Positions 41,110 to 55,109 of a DNA stretch of 64,000 bases are shown here, one piece after another (the first letter of the stretch is position 1; each line of letters opens with the position of its first letter). Source of the stretch: Camelus dromedarius (taxonomy: Eukaryota); the NCBI RefSeq assembly GCF_036321535.1, contig NC_087436.1, forward strand, positions 97,962,001 through 98,026,000, written 5' to 3'. The notes beneath the pieces are model-generated. The model worked only from the letters and a program-made list of their open reading frames with translations. It searched no databases and was not told where the DNA came from. The translations under genes and the position numbers were made by a program.

Positions 41110-42555
41110 GTGCCTTTCAATCAGGGTATGTTACCCAGAGTATAAAACTTTTCAAGGAGCACAGGGCATGGATTGCTTAAGGCAATGAATTTCTAAGATT
41201 ACTGATCCCAAGCTGTAACACGCCCTAAAATGCACATGCTTGAGAAAATGTATGTTAATGAGGAGTAGTGCACAATCCCCTTTCCTTCCTCACCTTTCAC
41301 AACCACCTAACCCCACTATGTAGAAGAAAGATGTATATCTCCCAATTAAATGAATTTTACTGTAACATGTTGCCCTACTGTCTTAAGTGCTCAAAGAAGT
41401 AAATTAGAAAGTACAATATTAACATGAGCAAAGACACCTTTAATCAAGGGACAAATAAAATCTGAAGGGCTTTTCATCTTTTCCATTTCTAAAGCCTTAT
41501 TAGAATCAAGACATACTGCTCATGAAAAATAATTATTACCTAGATGTCAAATTCATGGCCATATATCCCGAGAACTAGAATTCAGAAGTCAAATGTTTGT
41601 CATAAAGATGAATATTAAGGTATTTGTTAACATTAATAATAAAATCAAATATTTTCTAATAGAAAGTAAGGCAGAGTTTTTGCTTGTTTGGCAAGAAAAT
41701 TCATGTTTTACAAGTGGATTTAATGAATTAAACTAATTACAACCACAATATTTCATTATTAAATTATATTGGAAACATATATGGAACAAGATAAAAATAT
41801 TTTATCAAATATGGACAATGAAGTATTTAAAATAACAATATTTTAATTTCACAGCATTTTTAGGTTATACATGATGTCTCTAATTTAAAGGGTAACTGGT
41901 CTAATACGTAGCTATGGGATAAAGTTTTAATATATCTCTTCTTACATATGCCTCCAAAATGTGAGGAAGAAAATGACTTTGTACCAATGCCTTGGTAATA
42001 AAATATTTTGAAACTTAGAGAATATACAATTATGGATTTCAACAAAATTTAAATAGAATCATTAAAATATTTTATATTTTATATGATTATGGCATACAAC
42101 AGAAAAATTTAAATAAAGTAATAAACACCATAGCAAGATACTTCAATTCCAATCTACTTATTTATGTGAATACAATATTTCAGTGTTTGTATCCACATGT
42201 ACAAAATTAATGAACATAACATAATTAAGCTTTCCTCATTCTAGTAATACTATTCATTCATATATGTGAGCTAAATAGAGAGGATAAATACAATACTTTT
42301 ATTTCTCTGATTATTCAATGCATTCTAAAAATATTTTCTTTGATAATTATATGTTAACATTCATCCACTGTATTTAGTTTATAAGTTGTGTAGCATTGCA
42401 TGTGCACTAAGAAAATTATGCTTGGAAGAATACAAACTAATATAACTTTACTTGGGTACTTTTTCATGATTATAGAGACAAAATACTATGACATGTAGAT
42501 TCCACTGAAGGCTTTTACACATGAAATATATTATTTTTAAAATTTCAAAATGCTA
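41110..42555 (+). mobile_element. hAT-Charlie DNA transposon fossil (Charlie4-like) with transposase remnant
   Basis: 42138-42188 translates ILQFQSTYLCEYNISVF, resembling the hAT C-terminal dimerization motif (LPFxSTYLCExxFS). The left end resembles the recalled Charlie4 subterminal sequence. Confidence 0.7.
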
Positions 42556-42557
42556 AT

Positions 42558-43600
42558 ATCTGGCTTTCAATTCTGCTATGGCTGAGTAAGGTCCTATTTG
42601 ATCTAACTCTCCCATCTATAATGTCTGTAAATTCTTGAGAAAAATCTAAAAATTGAATGACCTTATGGCACTTCAAAGTGAACAGAAGTAGATTCTGAAA
42701 GTGAGACAAAACTTGGAAGAAAGAAAGAGACAAACAATAGAGAAAATTAATAAATCCAAAAGTTGATTCTTTGAAACACTAATAAACATGACTGAAAGCA
42801 AGCTAAACCTCTAGGTAGACAGATTAAAAAAAATAGAGTATAAAATTTATCAATATCAGGAATTCAAGAGATGTGCTTGCAAAAATGTACCTTCACAGGT
42901 CTGATAAATGTTAAAAGAATAAAGGTCTATTATTAGCCACTTTTTATGCAGATAAATTAAAAGAATTAGAAGATATGCCCATTTAAAAATACAACTTAGC
43001 AAAATTGACACAGAATGAACATATTCATAGGATAATATCTATTAAATAACTGAATTTTTATTTTGAAACTTACCCTCAAATAAAATTCCAGGCACAAAAT
43101 GGTTTCACTGGCATATCCTAATGCTTAAGACATAAATAACAAAACTCTTACATAATCTGTGTCAGGAAATAAAGAAAGAAAGAACACTTTCCAACTCTTT
43201 GTATGAATCAGCGTATATTTAATACTAAATTCTAAGAAAAAATTCTAAAAGAAAGTGAGATCAAGAGGAAAGAAAAGTACATTACAATCTCCCTGGTAAA
43301 TATAATCACATATATAGAGTAAATTTATTTCTGACAAATATGCCACAAAAATCCAATGGGGAAAAACGTGTTTTCGATAAATAGTGCTGGATTAATTGGG
43401 TATTCACACAGAAAAAACAATAAAACTTAGCCCCATATCACATTATACACAAAAATTGAATTTAGATTAATCATAAACCTCAACATAAACGTTTAAACTA
43501 TATATTTTTTAGAGAAAAATAGATGAATATTTTCATGACTTAGGGATAAGCCAAATCTATTTCCATTTCTAGATTATCGAAAGCAAAATCAATAGAAAAG
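42558..43600 (+). mobile_element. Old L1 (L1MC-like): short 5' end fused to deleted ORF2 pieces
   Basis: Old L1 5' UTR-like start, then aatagagaaaattaataaatccaaaagttgattctttga, aattccaggcacaaaatggtttcactgg, cacattatacacaaaaatt. Confidence 0.75.
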
Positions 43601-43604
43601 TAAT

Positions 43605-45652
43605 AAATGAGAAAGGAAAGAAAAGGGAAGAACTACAAAAACAACTGAAAAACAAGTAATAAAATAGAAATAAGTACATACCTATGAATAATTACTTTAA
43701 ATGTCAGTGGACTAATTCTTCAATCAGAAGACACAGAATGGCTGATTGGATAAAAAAGACTCATCTATATGCTGCTTACTCACTTCTGAACTAAAAACAT
43801 ACAAAGACGGAATATGAGGGGATGAAAAAAGATATTTCCTGCAAATGGAAACAACAAAAAATTATGGATAGCAATACTCATATAAGACAAAATAGATTTT
43901 TTTAAAAAGTTGATAACAAAATACAAAGAAAGGCATTATATAATGACAAAGAATTCAAAATAAAAAGAGGATATTATACTAATTATATATATACCCAATA
44001 GAGGAGCACCAAAATGTATAAAGTAATATTAACAGACATAAATGGAAAAACTGACAATAAAATAATAAATACTAGTGGGGACTTTTAAAACCCCACTTAC
44101 ATCAATGGACAGATTTTCCAGACAGAAAATCGGTAACACAACAGTGGTCCTAAATAGAGCAGTTGCACTTAATAGATATCTACAGATCATTCTATCCCCA
44201 AATAACAGAATACAGATTCTTTTCAAATGCACACAGAGCATTCTTGAGCACAGATCACATGCAAGGCCACAAAACAAGTCTTGACAAATTTAGTAAGACA
44301 GAAGTCATACCAAGCATTTTTTCTGACCACACTTCCATGAAACTATAAACCAATTAAAGGATGAAAAATGGGAAAATCACAAACACATGCATACTAAACA
44401 ACATGCCACTAAAAACTTAGTAAGTCAATGAAGACATCAAAGAGGAAATCAGAAAAATACCTCAAGACAAATGAAAAAGGAAACAAAACTTTCCAAATTC
44501 TACTGCGTGCAGCAAAAGTTGTCCTAAGAGGGAAGTTCATAGCAATATAGGCCTGACTCAATAAACAAGAAAAATCTCAAATAATCTACCTAACATTCCA
44601 TCTAAAGAAATCAGAAAAAGGAAAGTAAACAAATCCCAAAGTCAGCAGAAGGAAGGAAATATAAAGATCAGAGAGGACATAAAATGATTACAAAAAAATA
44701 GAAAAGATCAATAAAATCAAATGCTGGTTCTTTAAAAAGATAAATAAAATTGACAAACCATTAGCCACACTCATTAACAAGAAAAGAGGACCCAAATGAG
44801 CAAAACTAGAAGTGAAAGAGAAGGACAACAACAAATACCACAGAAATTTAAAAAAATAAGGAAATGCTATGAACAGTTATATGTCAACATATTGGACAAC
44901 CCAAAAGAAACAGACAAATTTCTAGAAACATACAACATTCTAAGACTGAATCAAGAAAAAATAGACAATCTCAATGAACTGATCATTAGCAGTGAAATTG
45001 TAGTAATAATATTCCCAGCAAACAAAGTTCAGGACTGGACAACTTCACAGAGAAATTCTACCCAACATATAAAGAAGAGCTAATACCTATTCTGAAACTA
45101 CTCCAAAAATTGAAGAGGATAGGACATTCCCAAATTCATTCTACAAAGTCACAATTTCTGTGTTATCATAACCATACAGAGACACTACAAAGAAAGAAAA
45201 TTACAGGCCAGGATCTCTAATGAGTATAGATGCAAAAATCCCCCCCAAAATATCATGAAAATGAAATCAAGAATATATTAAAAAGATCATACACCATGAT
45301 CAAGTGGGATTAATTCCAGGGATGTAAGGAAGGTTCAATGCTCACAAAAGAAAAGAATCAACAAAAGAAAGAATACAAATCTCACGGTCATATCAATAGA
45401 CACACAAAAACATTTGACAAAACTCAACATCCATTCGTGATAAAAACTCTCACCAAAATAGGTAAAGAGGGAACATATTTCAACATAATAAAGGCCATTT
45501 ATGCAAAACCCACAACTAACATCATACTCAGTGATGAAAAGCTGAAAGCTTTTCCTCTAAAATCAGGAATAAGAAAAGGATGCCCAGTCTTGGCACATCC
45601 ATTTAACATAGTATTGAAAGTCTTAGGCACAGCAATCAGACAAGAAACAGAG
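43605..45652 (+). mobile_element. Younger L1: inter-ORF end plus ORF2 endonuclease to mid-RT, no 3' end
   Basis: ORF2 remnants [54 protein letters not shown]...[15 protein letters not shown], with multiple frameshifts. Confidence 0.95.
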
Positions 45653-45654
45653 AA

Positions 45655-45925
45655 GAATAATCTGAACAGTGGTTGCCTCTGGGGAATGAGGACAGAGATT
45701 GACCAGGAAGGGATGTCAGATACCTTTCTGAATTGAGAGCAATTTTATTTATCTTGATAGGTATTTGGATATCAAAGATATCTGACTTTGTCAAAACCAA
45801 TCGAACATGCATTTAAGCTTTGTGCATTTCATTTTATATAAATTTTACATTAAAAAGCTATGAACAAATGTAAATATGCAGTTACTGATAGTATGCTTAA
45901 ATTATTTAGGAGAAATTGTATGTAA
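45655..45925 (+). mobile_element. L1MC4-like 3' UTR
   Basis: cagtggttgcctctgggg...tatcttgatagg...tttgtcaaaac...tttgtgcatttcattttatataaattttac. Confidence 0.8.
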
Positions 45926-46839
45926 TTACATCATAAATTATGTAAATTATTTATTTATGTAACAGAAATATAAATGATATCTATTATATATTTACATGTA
46001 TAAATCTCCAGATGAGAAAAAGGATGTTATATATCATATATACATATTCATATGTATCATATGTATGACAAACTATAACATTATGCATATTTTTTTCTAA
46101 CAAATTTTAAATCTGTCAATAAATTGAAATGTTTCCTGGAGATACAAAGTACTGAACTTGACAGAAAGAAAACTACAAAGCAGAAAAAACTTAATAGGTC
46201 TTTTGAAAATACTACAAAGCAGGTTGCATACTAAGTAATATTTATTAAACATGTGTTTATTTCAACTGTCAGGAATCAGATAAATTCTAGACTATGTATA
46301 GTGAGACTCTGAATGGAAAACTATGCAATTGATTTTCATGAATGTAGCAAATGCTCATAGAAGAGCAAGATAAAAAGAAAACCAAAAAGAAACAGAGGAA
46401 TCATTATTTTTAAAATTCTGATGCAATTATCTTAAATAAATTTTAGGATCTAAACATAAATAATATTTTACACGTGTACTACAGAACTCAGTAACACAAA
46501 GATTCAGTATTATACTATTTATTAGTATGTAAAATAATAAAATGTTGTCCATAGAATTTAGCACTTGCCTTTGGTTAATTCTAGAAACATCTGAAGATTC
46601 TGTTCAAATAGTTAATGATAGAACACTAAATCAACATTCATAGTTCATTAAGAGCGAAAGAGTAGATTCATATATATAAAAAACAGAACTAAGACTCTCT
46701 GTTGAAACTACTACATTTTGGGAAGTTTCTATCTAAAACTGTAAAGCAGAAAATATGCAAATCCTTAACCAGTGGAAAGAAAAACTTGTTATTGATAAAT
46801 AATAGTTTTTATATAATGGCATATTAGAAAATCAAAGGA

Positions 46840-47135
46840 AATTTTAGATTCAAGAGTAAAAGGCATACAGCATCAAGGGGCAAATATAATGGGTAGAGAG
46901 CATAGCAACGATAAATTTCATGAAACAAGAATTCACATGCTGTGTTCACAAAACAAGTCTTCTGAGGCTAGAGAGAATGTGGCATTGAGAGAAAGGCCAG
47001 GGAAATGTTCAGAGGGTTGGAAAAGAGCTAAATCCTTTCCGAATGTTACTAACGTAATATTTTCTGATGATAATGAGTATGATGAAAAACCACTGAGGTG
47101 TTTTGAGAAGAAGGGTATGGTTGGATAAATTTTTC
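46840..47135 (-). mobile_element. L2 LINE fragment
   Basis: Purine-rich antisense L2-like sequence ending gaaaaaccactgaggtgttttgagaagaaggg. Confidence 0.5.
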
Positions 47136-47144
47136 AAGTTGATT

Positions 47145-47193
47145 TATTTTTACTTATTTTTTTATAATTTTATTAAGTAATAAATGGTTTACA

Positions 47194-47236
<43 letters not shown>

Positions 47237-48200
47237 ACTAAAATGTATTACTGGATACATTTTGATGTATATATGCGCCATGAAAACATTATCACAATTA
47301 AGACAACATAAACATCCATCACCTACAAAGTTTCCTCTGACCTTCTGTCATTTTTCCTCCCGATTTACTCTCATACTTCCACACCCAGAAAATCACTGAT
47401 ATGCTCTCTTTAACTATAGATTATTTTTTTCTCCAAAATGCTATATAAATGGAATTGTGTAATAAATATTATTTTTTCCTTTTTTCACTTGATACAAATT
47501 TTGAGAATTTTTTCATGTTATTATGTGCATAGACAAATACTTTTTATGCCTTCTTTATGAATTGATCCATTCATTATTATGAAAATCATCTTTTTATCTC
47601 TAGTAACATTTTATCATAAAATCTACTTTGACATTAATATAGATCTTTCAACTTTATTTTTATCAAAGTTAGTACTGTGTATTTTATTATTTTACTTTTA
47701 AACAATTTATATCTTTAAGTTTGAATCAGTATTTTTATAGAAAGCAGTTGAGTCTAGCTTTTTTATCTAATTTGAGAATTTTTACCTCTTAATTGGTGTT
47801 TTTATACCACTTCAATTTAATGTGGTTATTGATATTTATGAATTCATGTTGGTATTTCTATTTGCCCCCGAGGTTTTTTAATTCACTTTTTTTCTGCGAT
47901 TTTGAGATAAATAAATTTATAATTCCATTTTTCTGAAGACAGGTTTATTAAGCTATGATCTTTAATGAAATCCATCTTTACAAATTAAACAGTTCAATGA
48001 GTTTTGACAGATGTACGCAGTCTTGTAACCTCTCCAATCAAGATAAATATTTCTATAGTTCCCCAAAGTTTCCTCAAAAAATGAGTTAACTCTCCTCTTC
48101 TTAATAAGTTGTAAGAATTATATACTCTAAGTACATGTTTTTACTATATATATGTTTTACAAATACTTTCTCCACGACTATCGTTTGCCTGTTACTTTTT
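47145..48200 (-). mobile_element. Cluster of old antisense L1 fragments (L1MB/L1MC-like)
   Basis: 3' UTR motifs catccatcacctacaaagtttcctc and tatataaatggaatt, ORF2-start motifs atgaattgatccattcattattatgaaa, second 3' end at about 47940. Confidence 0.75.
47199..47230. repeat. (CA)16 microsatellite
   Basis: 16 perfect CA units. Confidence 0.97.
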
Positions 48201-49260
48201 TAACTTTTATTTTATAATAATTATAGACTTACAGAAAAATAGAGGTTAGTAAAGAGAGTTCCCATATATGCCACATCCAGTTTCCCCTGTTAGTAATACC
48301 ATGTATCAGTACAGCATAGACTTCACAATTAATGAATAAATTATGATACATTATTATTAGCTTAGGTCTTTTTTAAAATTCAGATTTCCTTAGTTTTACC
48401 TAGTATCCATTTTCTACTTCAAGAGTCCATCCAGAATACCACATTATAATGAGTTGTCACATTTCCTTAGGCTTCTCTTGGCTGTGACAGTTACTTAGAT
48501 TTCCTTGTTTTTATTGCCCTTACACTTTTTGAGAAGTCCTGGATGGGTATTTAGAAGAATTTCTCTAAATTTGGACATGATTAATGTGTTTTTCTTGATT
48601 AGACCTAGCTTATTGGTTTTGGGGAGAAACACCATGGAAGGGACGTGCTATTCTCATCAAATCATGTCAAGGTTACATACTAATGTGACTTATCACTGAC
48701 CTTGATTCTCTGGTTGAGGTAGTGTCTCCAGGTTTCTCCACTGGAATCACTCTTTTTTCCTCAATTTCCATACAGTATGCTTTGGAAGCAACTCCATGTG
48801 TATTCTACACTTATGGCGAAGGAGATACGCTTCATTTCCCTAAGGGTTAATTTATTTGGCATTCTTCTACACTGGAGATTTATCTATCCTCCATGTATGT
48901 ATTAATTCAGTCCCTTATTTATATCAGTATGGACACATGGATATTTATTTAAATTTTGGGTATGATCTAATACTGCTGTTGTATTTTTATGTGGCTCAAG
49001 ATATTCCAACTGAGAGCTCCTTGACTTGTCCTGTTAGTTTCCTGTGCCCCTTTGTCACACCTCTACCATTCTTTTTTCTTAGCACTTTCTTACTTTCCGA
49101 CACTATCAGATGCTCCAGGCTCATCGTGTATATTTCCTGACCAAGTCCTAGAATGAGCTATTTCTTCAAGGAACTTCAGTTCTTACTAGAAAATGGTTTT
49201 GAAACCAACATCTGGACACTAGGTGTGACTGCTGCTACTGGGGAGTCACTGCTTCTGGGG
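48200..49260 (-). mobile_element. L1MC1-3-like long 3' UTR
   Basis: gagagttcccatat...ttcagatttccttagttttacct...ccttaggcttctcttggctgtgacagtt...agatgctccaggctcatcgtgtatatttcctg. Confidence 0.88.
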
Positions 49261-51049
49261 AACAAAGCTATACATTTAGGTATGTTAACTGAATTTCCAC
49301 ATATTTAATAAATTTGATATTCTCTTAAAATTAACTCTCAATGGTAGTTTTATTTTGGGGTTAAAATTTCTTAGTACAAAATTAGAGATTTGTTGAACAC
49401 ATTGATTTTCAGGTTAAAATATTTGCCATTTATATTTGTCCTTTCATTGTAGATTGATCTTTATTTTCTTATGTGATCTTTGCTTCACAGTACACTGCGT
49501 TGTTCACCTATGAGGTTTGGTCTTTAGCATTAATTTTTCTTAGCCTAATTCTGGCACTTATGATACACCGACTAAAACTATTCCCTAATTGTTTGTTTTT
49601 ATAAGTAAACTGCACCAAGTATATTACAAGCACCATGAAGATGCACCCTACATTATCTTTAGTTCCAGTGTGAAAGGCAGCAATCGCTTGGGTATCATAC
49701 TTAGAACGATGTGGGTTATTTTGAATCTCTAGTGCCTAGAACTGAGCTCGACCTTTAGTAGCATTTTATTGAATACTTGCTGATATATTTGTTGAACAAA
49801 TGATCTCTTGCTTGGGCACAAAAGGGTCATCCACATCTGACAAGCAGTGTCCAGCTGTAACCCACTGTATCCAGGCCCTCGGCATGTCATCATTCTGACT
49901 GATGCCAGCATGTAAAACTATGTTCATGTGTCTTGCATTGAGTTTCAGCAGTTGTGTTTTCTGGTAAAATTCTGCTCATGGCCCTTGGAAAAGAGCTGAC
50001 ACTGATTAAGTATCCTACTCAAACTTAGGTCTGCTAAGCAAATCAAAACCTCCTCTGTGCTGTTGGCAACATGGACAATCCGGACAAACATAAACAACCT
50101 CAGGGGTACTCAGAAAAATACCGTCTTGAACCTATTGTTTACATGACTCACTTCATGAACTCAACTTGCCACAGACCCAATTTGCCATCTCTAAAGCCTA
50201 TGCCAAAATTTCTGTCTTCCTATCACAGAATTTTACTCTTCTGTATGTAATAATCTATGCAAACCTATATAACGTATGCAAATTTTAAACTTTTGAATTT
50301 ACAATTCAAAAGCCTATACACATTTTCATAACTTTCATCCCTAAACAAAAACGTTTCAATACCTCTTTACCTATTGGAACAGACAGCAGGAATCAATATA
50401 AATCCTTGGAGTAATACTGGATGTTTCTGATCTAGGTTTGCTTTACCAGGCATATTACATAAAAGCCATTTCATTAGACAGATTAGACTTTTCTTTCTTT
50501 GAGAATCATTTTCTCAACTGGATGAATGATTCAAGACATCCAAACATAACCCTTCTCAGTCAAGAAGATTATACTCTCAGTTAAACAAAATTTGACACTT
50601 TTCTTTGGAATTTAAAGTGTCCAATGCAAAAAGCCATAAACAAAATATAATACAAAGATGGTCTGGTTTTGATAGTATTGGAATAGCTACTACTTGATGG
50701 TGGACTCTTTCCTATTCTCATAGACAAACTTCATCTCAACAGAAAATGTCAGGGGGTTTATTGTATGAAATACTTAATTGCTCAGCTTCCTTCCTCTAGA
50801 CTCTTTCAAGATTGTGATCCAGGAAGTTGGAGTCCAAGAATATCAATTTAGTGTTTATCTTTTTTTACCTTTCAAGAACATTGGAAAAATATAAACAGTA
50901 TGTATTTCTTGAAATATTTTATTTGGATATCTGGGAGAGCTTCTCTCAGTGTTAATTTTCCATTAAAACTAAAATAAATTCTTAAGGCCGTAGGGCAACA
51001 AAATCCTCCACAATCTAGGACATGTATAGCATTTCAAACTCATTTTCTA

Positions 51050-51662
51050 ATACTGTCCACCTTTTTCACTGATTTCTGTCCACACTATGTTTCTTGCTGT
51101 TCATGGAACATACTAACCACATACCATTATCAAATCTTTTGTACTTGTGTTTCCCTCTGCCTGAAATGTTCTTCCCTCAAATAGTCACATACAAAGGTTA
51201 GTAATATCTCATATCATTTCAAGTAGCACTCAAATATTACTCCCACTATGAGGCCTTCTCTGACAACCCTATATAAATTAGCATCTTTTACCATGATTAG
51301 TCTATTCCCATGTTCATTTTTCATTCGTTAACACTTAATACAATCAGAGATTTATAGTTTATATCTATTTATAGTTAAATTATTGCCTATTTTTCACTGT
51401 AGATGATAAATTTTATGAAAGCAAGTCTGTTTGATTGACTACTGTATGTAGTTTGCCAAGCACCAATAACTCAAGGCTAGAGTCATAATTATCACCTTAA
51501 TCTATGAGAATTACTCCATGGAAAGTACATTGCACTACTCTAAATGAAGTCCCCTGCGTCATGTACAAACTATAATCTGTGTACGTCTACCCTGACTGCA
51601 TCCCTGGAACCTATAAAAGTGACTGGCATAAAAGAAAAGAAGCTCCATAAGTATTTTTGTGT
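51050..51662 (+). mobile_element. L2 LINE 3' region (possible MER91-like insert at about 51475-51594)
   Basis: ttcttgctgttcatggaacat...ttccctctgcctgaaatgttcttccc...gaggccttctctgacaaccct...gtgactggcata. Confidence 0.75.
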
Positions 51663-53332
51663 TATTATCATATAACAGCAAATGGGCTTCATTGGGACAT
51701 CTGGCCCAGAGCTGTTTGGGACTCTTTAGTCACCTTGTTCACTCTCAGCCAATGTTAGCTTCTCTAGTCTTGCAGCATGTACCTGTGTCAGAACATTTTC
51801 AGTTTTAAGGCCCAATGGCACTTTGTATTACGGTATATTAAACTGCTTTAAAAACCAAACCAAAAACAAATAAAGCTCAGAGACAACAGATTTTTATTCT
51901 TGCTCCCAGAAGAGTCTAAGGTAGATACTCCTGATTGGCAGATGACTCTCTTTCAAATAGTTGTTCCAAAGTGCAGGCTTTTTCTGTTTTGTGTCACTTG
52001 CACCCTCAGAAGGTTATTGTCTTTTTATTCAGATGTTGGAAAAGAAAGAGAACAGAGGACATACATGTGCTATTCAATAATCCTTTATCAGGAGTGGTAC
52101 AAAAATCCCACTTACTTTTCATAAGCAAAACTATTCACATGATCATAACAAAGTACAAAGAGGACTGGGAAATGTAGAGCCCAGCTCTGCAGGAGCATTC
52201 TAGCTATGATTGTTTATTATAAAGGAAAGAATAGGGTTTTAGTAAAACCCAGCACATGAGATGTCTGTGTACACACTTATTTCCACAGGTAGAACACACT
52301 CAAGCCACCCCCACCACAAGGTCAGACAGGGACAAGGGGAGATGGAACCTACTGTTCCAATCATTCATACCATATATGCTAAATTCCAGGATTTTCACTA
52401 GATATATCTCAGGTATAGATGTAATGCTTCAAATTTGCATATTCTGCACCTGCTGCTTATAAACTTTGACCCAGATTTGGTATGCCCACTCTTCTTATGT
52501 ACATTGGCAAGAACTATTCACAAAGCCATGCCTAATTGCATAGAAACCAGAAAAGGAAGTCCCTCAGTGGGAAATCATTTCCTAGCTATATATACATAGT
52601 ATAAGAAGAGATGATGGACTAAATGTATTTAAAAAGTATAGCTTATCATTCCTGACATGTCTAAGTATCTTGGGCTTCTGCTAGAATCCCCAGACAAGAT
52701 CCTCTTTCAAATTCTTCCAACATAATAAACAGATTAGAATAATGAATATTCTTTCAGGACCTAAACATGCTAGTTTTTTTTTGTTTTGTTTTGTTTTGTT
52801 TTATTTTGTTTTACCTAGTTCAGTAGCTCATCCTGCTGCTTCTCTCTTCCTTGTTTAAAAAATAGCATTTTTACATGTCATTTGTTACATGGGTGTCAAA
52901 AGCACATCCAAGTTTGAAATAGAATTCCTCTAAAATGCAAGTTAAACCACAATCCTTAGTTATTTCTTATTTTGATGTGAGCTTTGAGATAATTGAGATT
53001 TTTATTGCTATTTGTTCTTGTCTTTATTGGCTTTTGTGTTGCTAGTGTTTGGCAATACTGCGTTTTCTAAAAGTAAGTTATTTTCACTTTGGTTGGAATG
53101 ACCAGTCAATCTCAGAATGCTATGTATTATAATAACCTCTTCATATCATAAAACTACTTATTTGTCTATGACTTCTGCTAATACTTTACCATAAGGTAAT
53201 GAAATATAATACAGGTGCTGGTTATCACAATGAGATATTTCCTGATTATATCCCATTATTAAGAAAATTAACATAACCTATTGGCATCTCAGGATGATAT
53301 ACTGCATCTTTGGTGGATTTAAAACATCTTCA

Positions 53333-53484
53333 ATGTTAACTATGTGAGGTTATTGGTGTGTTAATTATCTTGAATTTAGTAATTGTTTTATAATGTTTAT
53401 GTTTATCTAATCATCATGTTGTACAGTTTAACTATATCTAATCCTATTGGTCAAGTATTCCTTAATAAAGTCAAAAAATTAAAA
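53333..53484 (+). mobile_element. Short 5'-truncated L1MA-type 3' tail
   Basis: taactatgtgaggttattggtgtgttaattatcttga...aataaag plus A-rich tail. TSD aaaacatcttca/agaacatgttca at a TTT/AAAA site. Confidence 0.88.
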
Positions 53485-53947
53485 AGAACATGTTCACAAA
53501 TCCTGTCACACTTCTTTCCTAGAATACCTGGAACCTAATTCTGTCTTTGACTGTGGAATGGACTCAATAACTCATTTCTAACAAATAGAATGAAGTGTAA
53601 ATATAGGTAGGTGATTTTGGAGATGGAGACTAGGTTATAAAATATATCAGTGCCCTCCTTGTTTTCTCTTGAGGCTCACTTGCTCTGAGAAAAGTTAGAT
53701 ACAATCTCATGAGCAGAAGCCCATATGATGAGGAGTGAAGGCCTTCTGCCAATAAACCTGTAGGACAGCCCTTCTGGAATTACATCAGCTTATTATATCA
53801 GATAGACTTCAGATTAACATTGCCCCTGCTTACATGCTGACTGCAAATATGTAAAACTCACTCATGTTAATTACTCATGAATTCCTGACCCACAGAAACT
53901 GTAAGATGTTATATTCATTGTTTTTAAGCCACTAATTTTTGGGGTAA

Positions 53948-54498
53948 TGTCAAGAGTTCAGCTAAACTACTCCATAGTATTATTGCCCCTGCATCCATTT
54001 TACTTGGCCAAGTGGCCTGGAAGAGCATTAAACTGACACTAGCCCCTCATGCAAGCATAAGCTCTAGCTAGCAGCCTGCAGAGTCACAAGAAGACGTAAG
54101 TTCCGATGTGACTTCCTCAACAGCCTTTGTGATCGACACTCTCTGCTTCCCAGTGACTTCACCTTATGTACCCCCTTGATACATAAGAACCTACCCCCCG
54201 CCCCACCATAGAAATTGCCAAAAGTCTACTCTTTTGGTTTGAATTCACCAACATGGCCTTAGTCTGGGAACTCCAAAGCAGTTTATCCACATACCCTAAC
54301 AAAGGCACATTCCTCTGTTTCTGCCTCCCTCTTTGCACTGTTTAATCTCCTCATATGGCCCCATGAGGTATGCCAGTTACTTCTTCTAGAAACTATGAAT
54401 AATAAACTTCTCTATTTCAGTTTCCATCGCGGTCCTTTGTGGAACCATGGCTCACTATCCAACATCCTGTGCACCACTTAACAAGTGTTAATTTGACA
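53948..54498 (+). mobile_element. ERVL-class solo LTR, 551 bp (tentatively MER74/MER54 group)
   Basis: TG...CA termini with inverted repeat tgtcaa/ttgaca, perfect 5-bp TSD GGTAA (53943-53947, 54499-54503), AATAAA at 54401. Confidence 0.9.
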
Positions 54499-55109
54499 GG
54501 TAATTTGCTATGCCATGGTAGATAACTAACATACATTTCCTTCCACGAGTAGTCCCCTAGCAAGCCTCTGAGACTGAACCAGAAAAAGTATTAGCAAGTT
54601 TTATTATGCTCAGCCTGCTTAAGATATTTTACCCGAGGTATCACACCAAGTGGAGGAATGCATTTATGGAGTCCCCTGTGATCAACCGTAATTCCCAAGT
54701 TTCATTCTGCTTTATGTGTAATAACCAGGTCAATCTGTTACACAAAGAGTGACAGTGCATCAACCCCCCAGTGAACATTTCTTAATTGCTAGTACTAATT
54801 CCAATGAATCCCCAAAGGAATCTATACTGCCTCAAATCCATCCCAGCTCCTGTCTTTTGTAAATCCCAAGATTCTCATTCATTCTGTTCTATTAATTTTC
54901 GATAGAATACAAATGCAGTAGCTTGTTCTATTCACTCATCACATCCATACTACAAGTACATTTGTGTTCTGTGTAAGCTATCATCTCTCAAAACTTATTT
55001 AATCTTTTATGTTTCCTAAAGCAACACATGATTCCATCACTGCATCACCTGTTTAATATTGGATGCTATTCACAGTATCTTATCATCCCTATACATTAAT
55101 CTCTTGTAT

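Larger units (their letters stand above)
53309..54535 (+). mobile_element. MaLR LTR (MLT1E/F/G-like), interrupted twice
   Basis: tggtggatttaaaacat...ttctaacaaatagaatg...gaattcctgacccacagaaactgtaagat...tttaagccactaatttttggggtaa | tttgctatgccatggtagataactaacataca. Confidence 0.85.

Noticed and set aside
44029..45736. ORFs with reverse transcriptase/endonuclease-like peptides
   Set aside because: Frameshifted L1 ORF2 remnants, not a functional gene or a novel RT system
52090..52600. Possible old MLT1 fragments (gactgggaaatgtag; cattggcaagaactattcaca)
   Set aside because: Similarity too weak to set boundaries without a search
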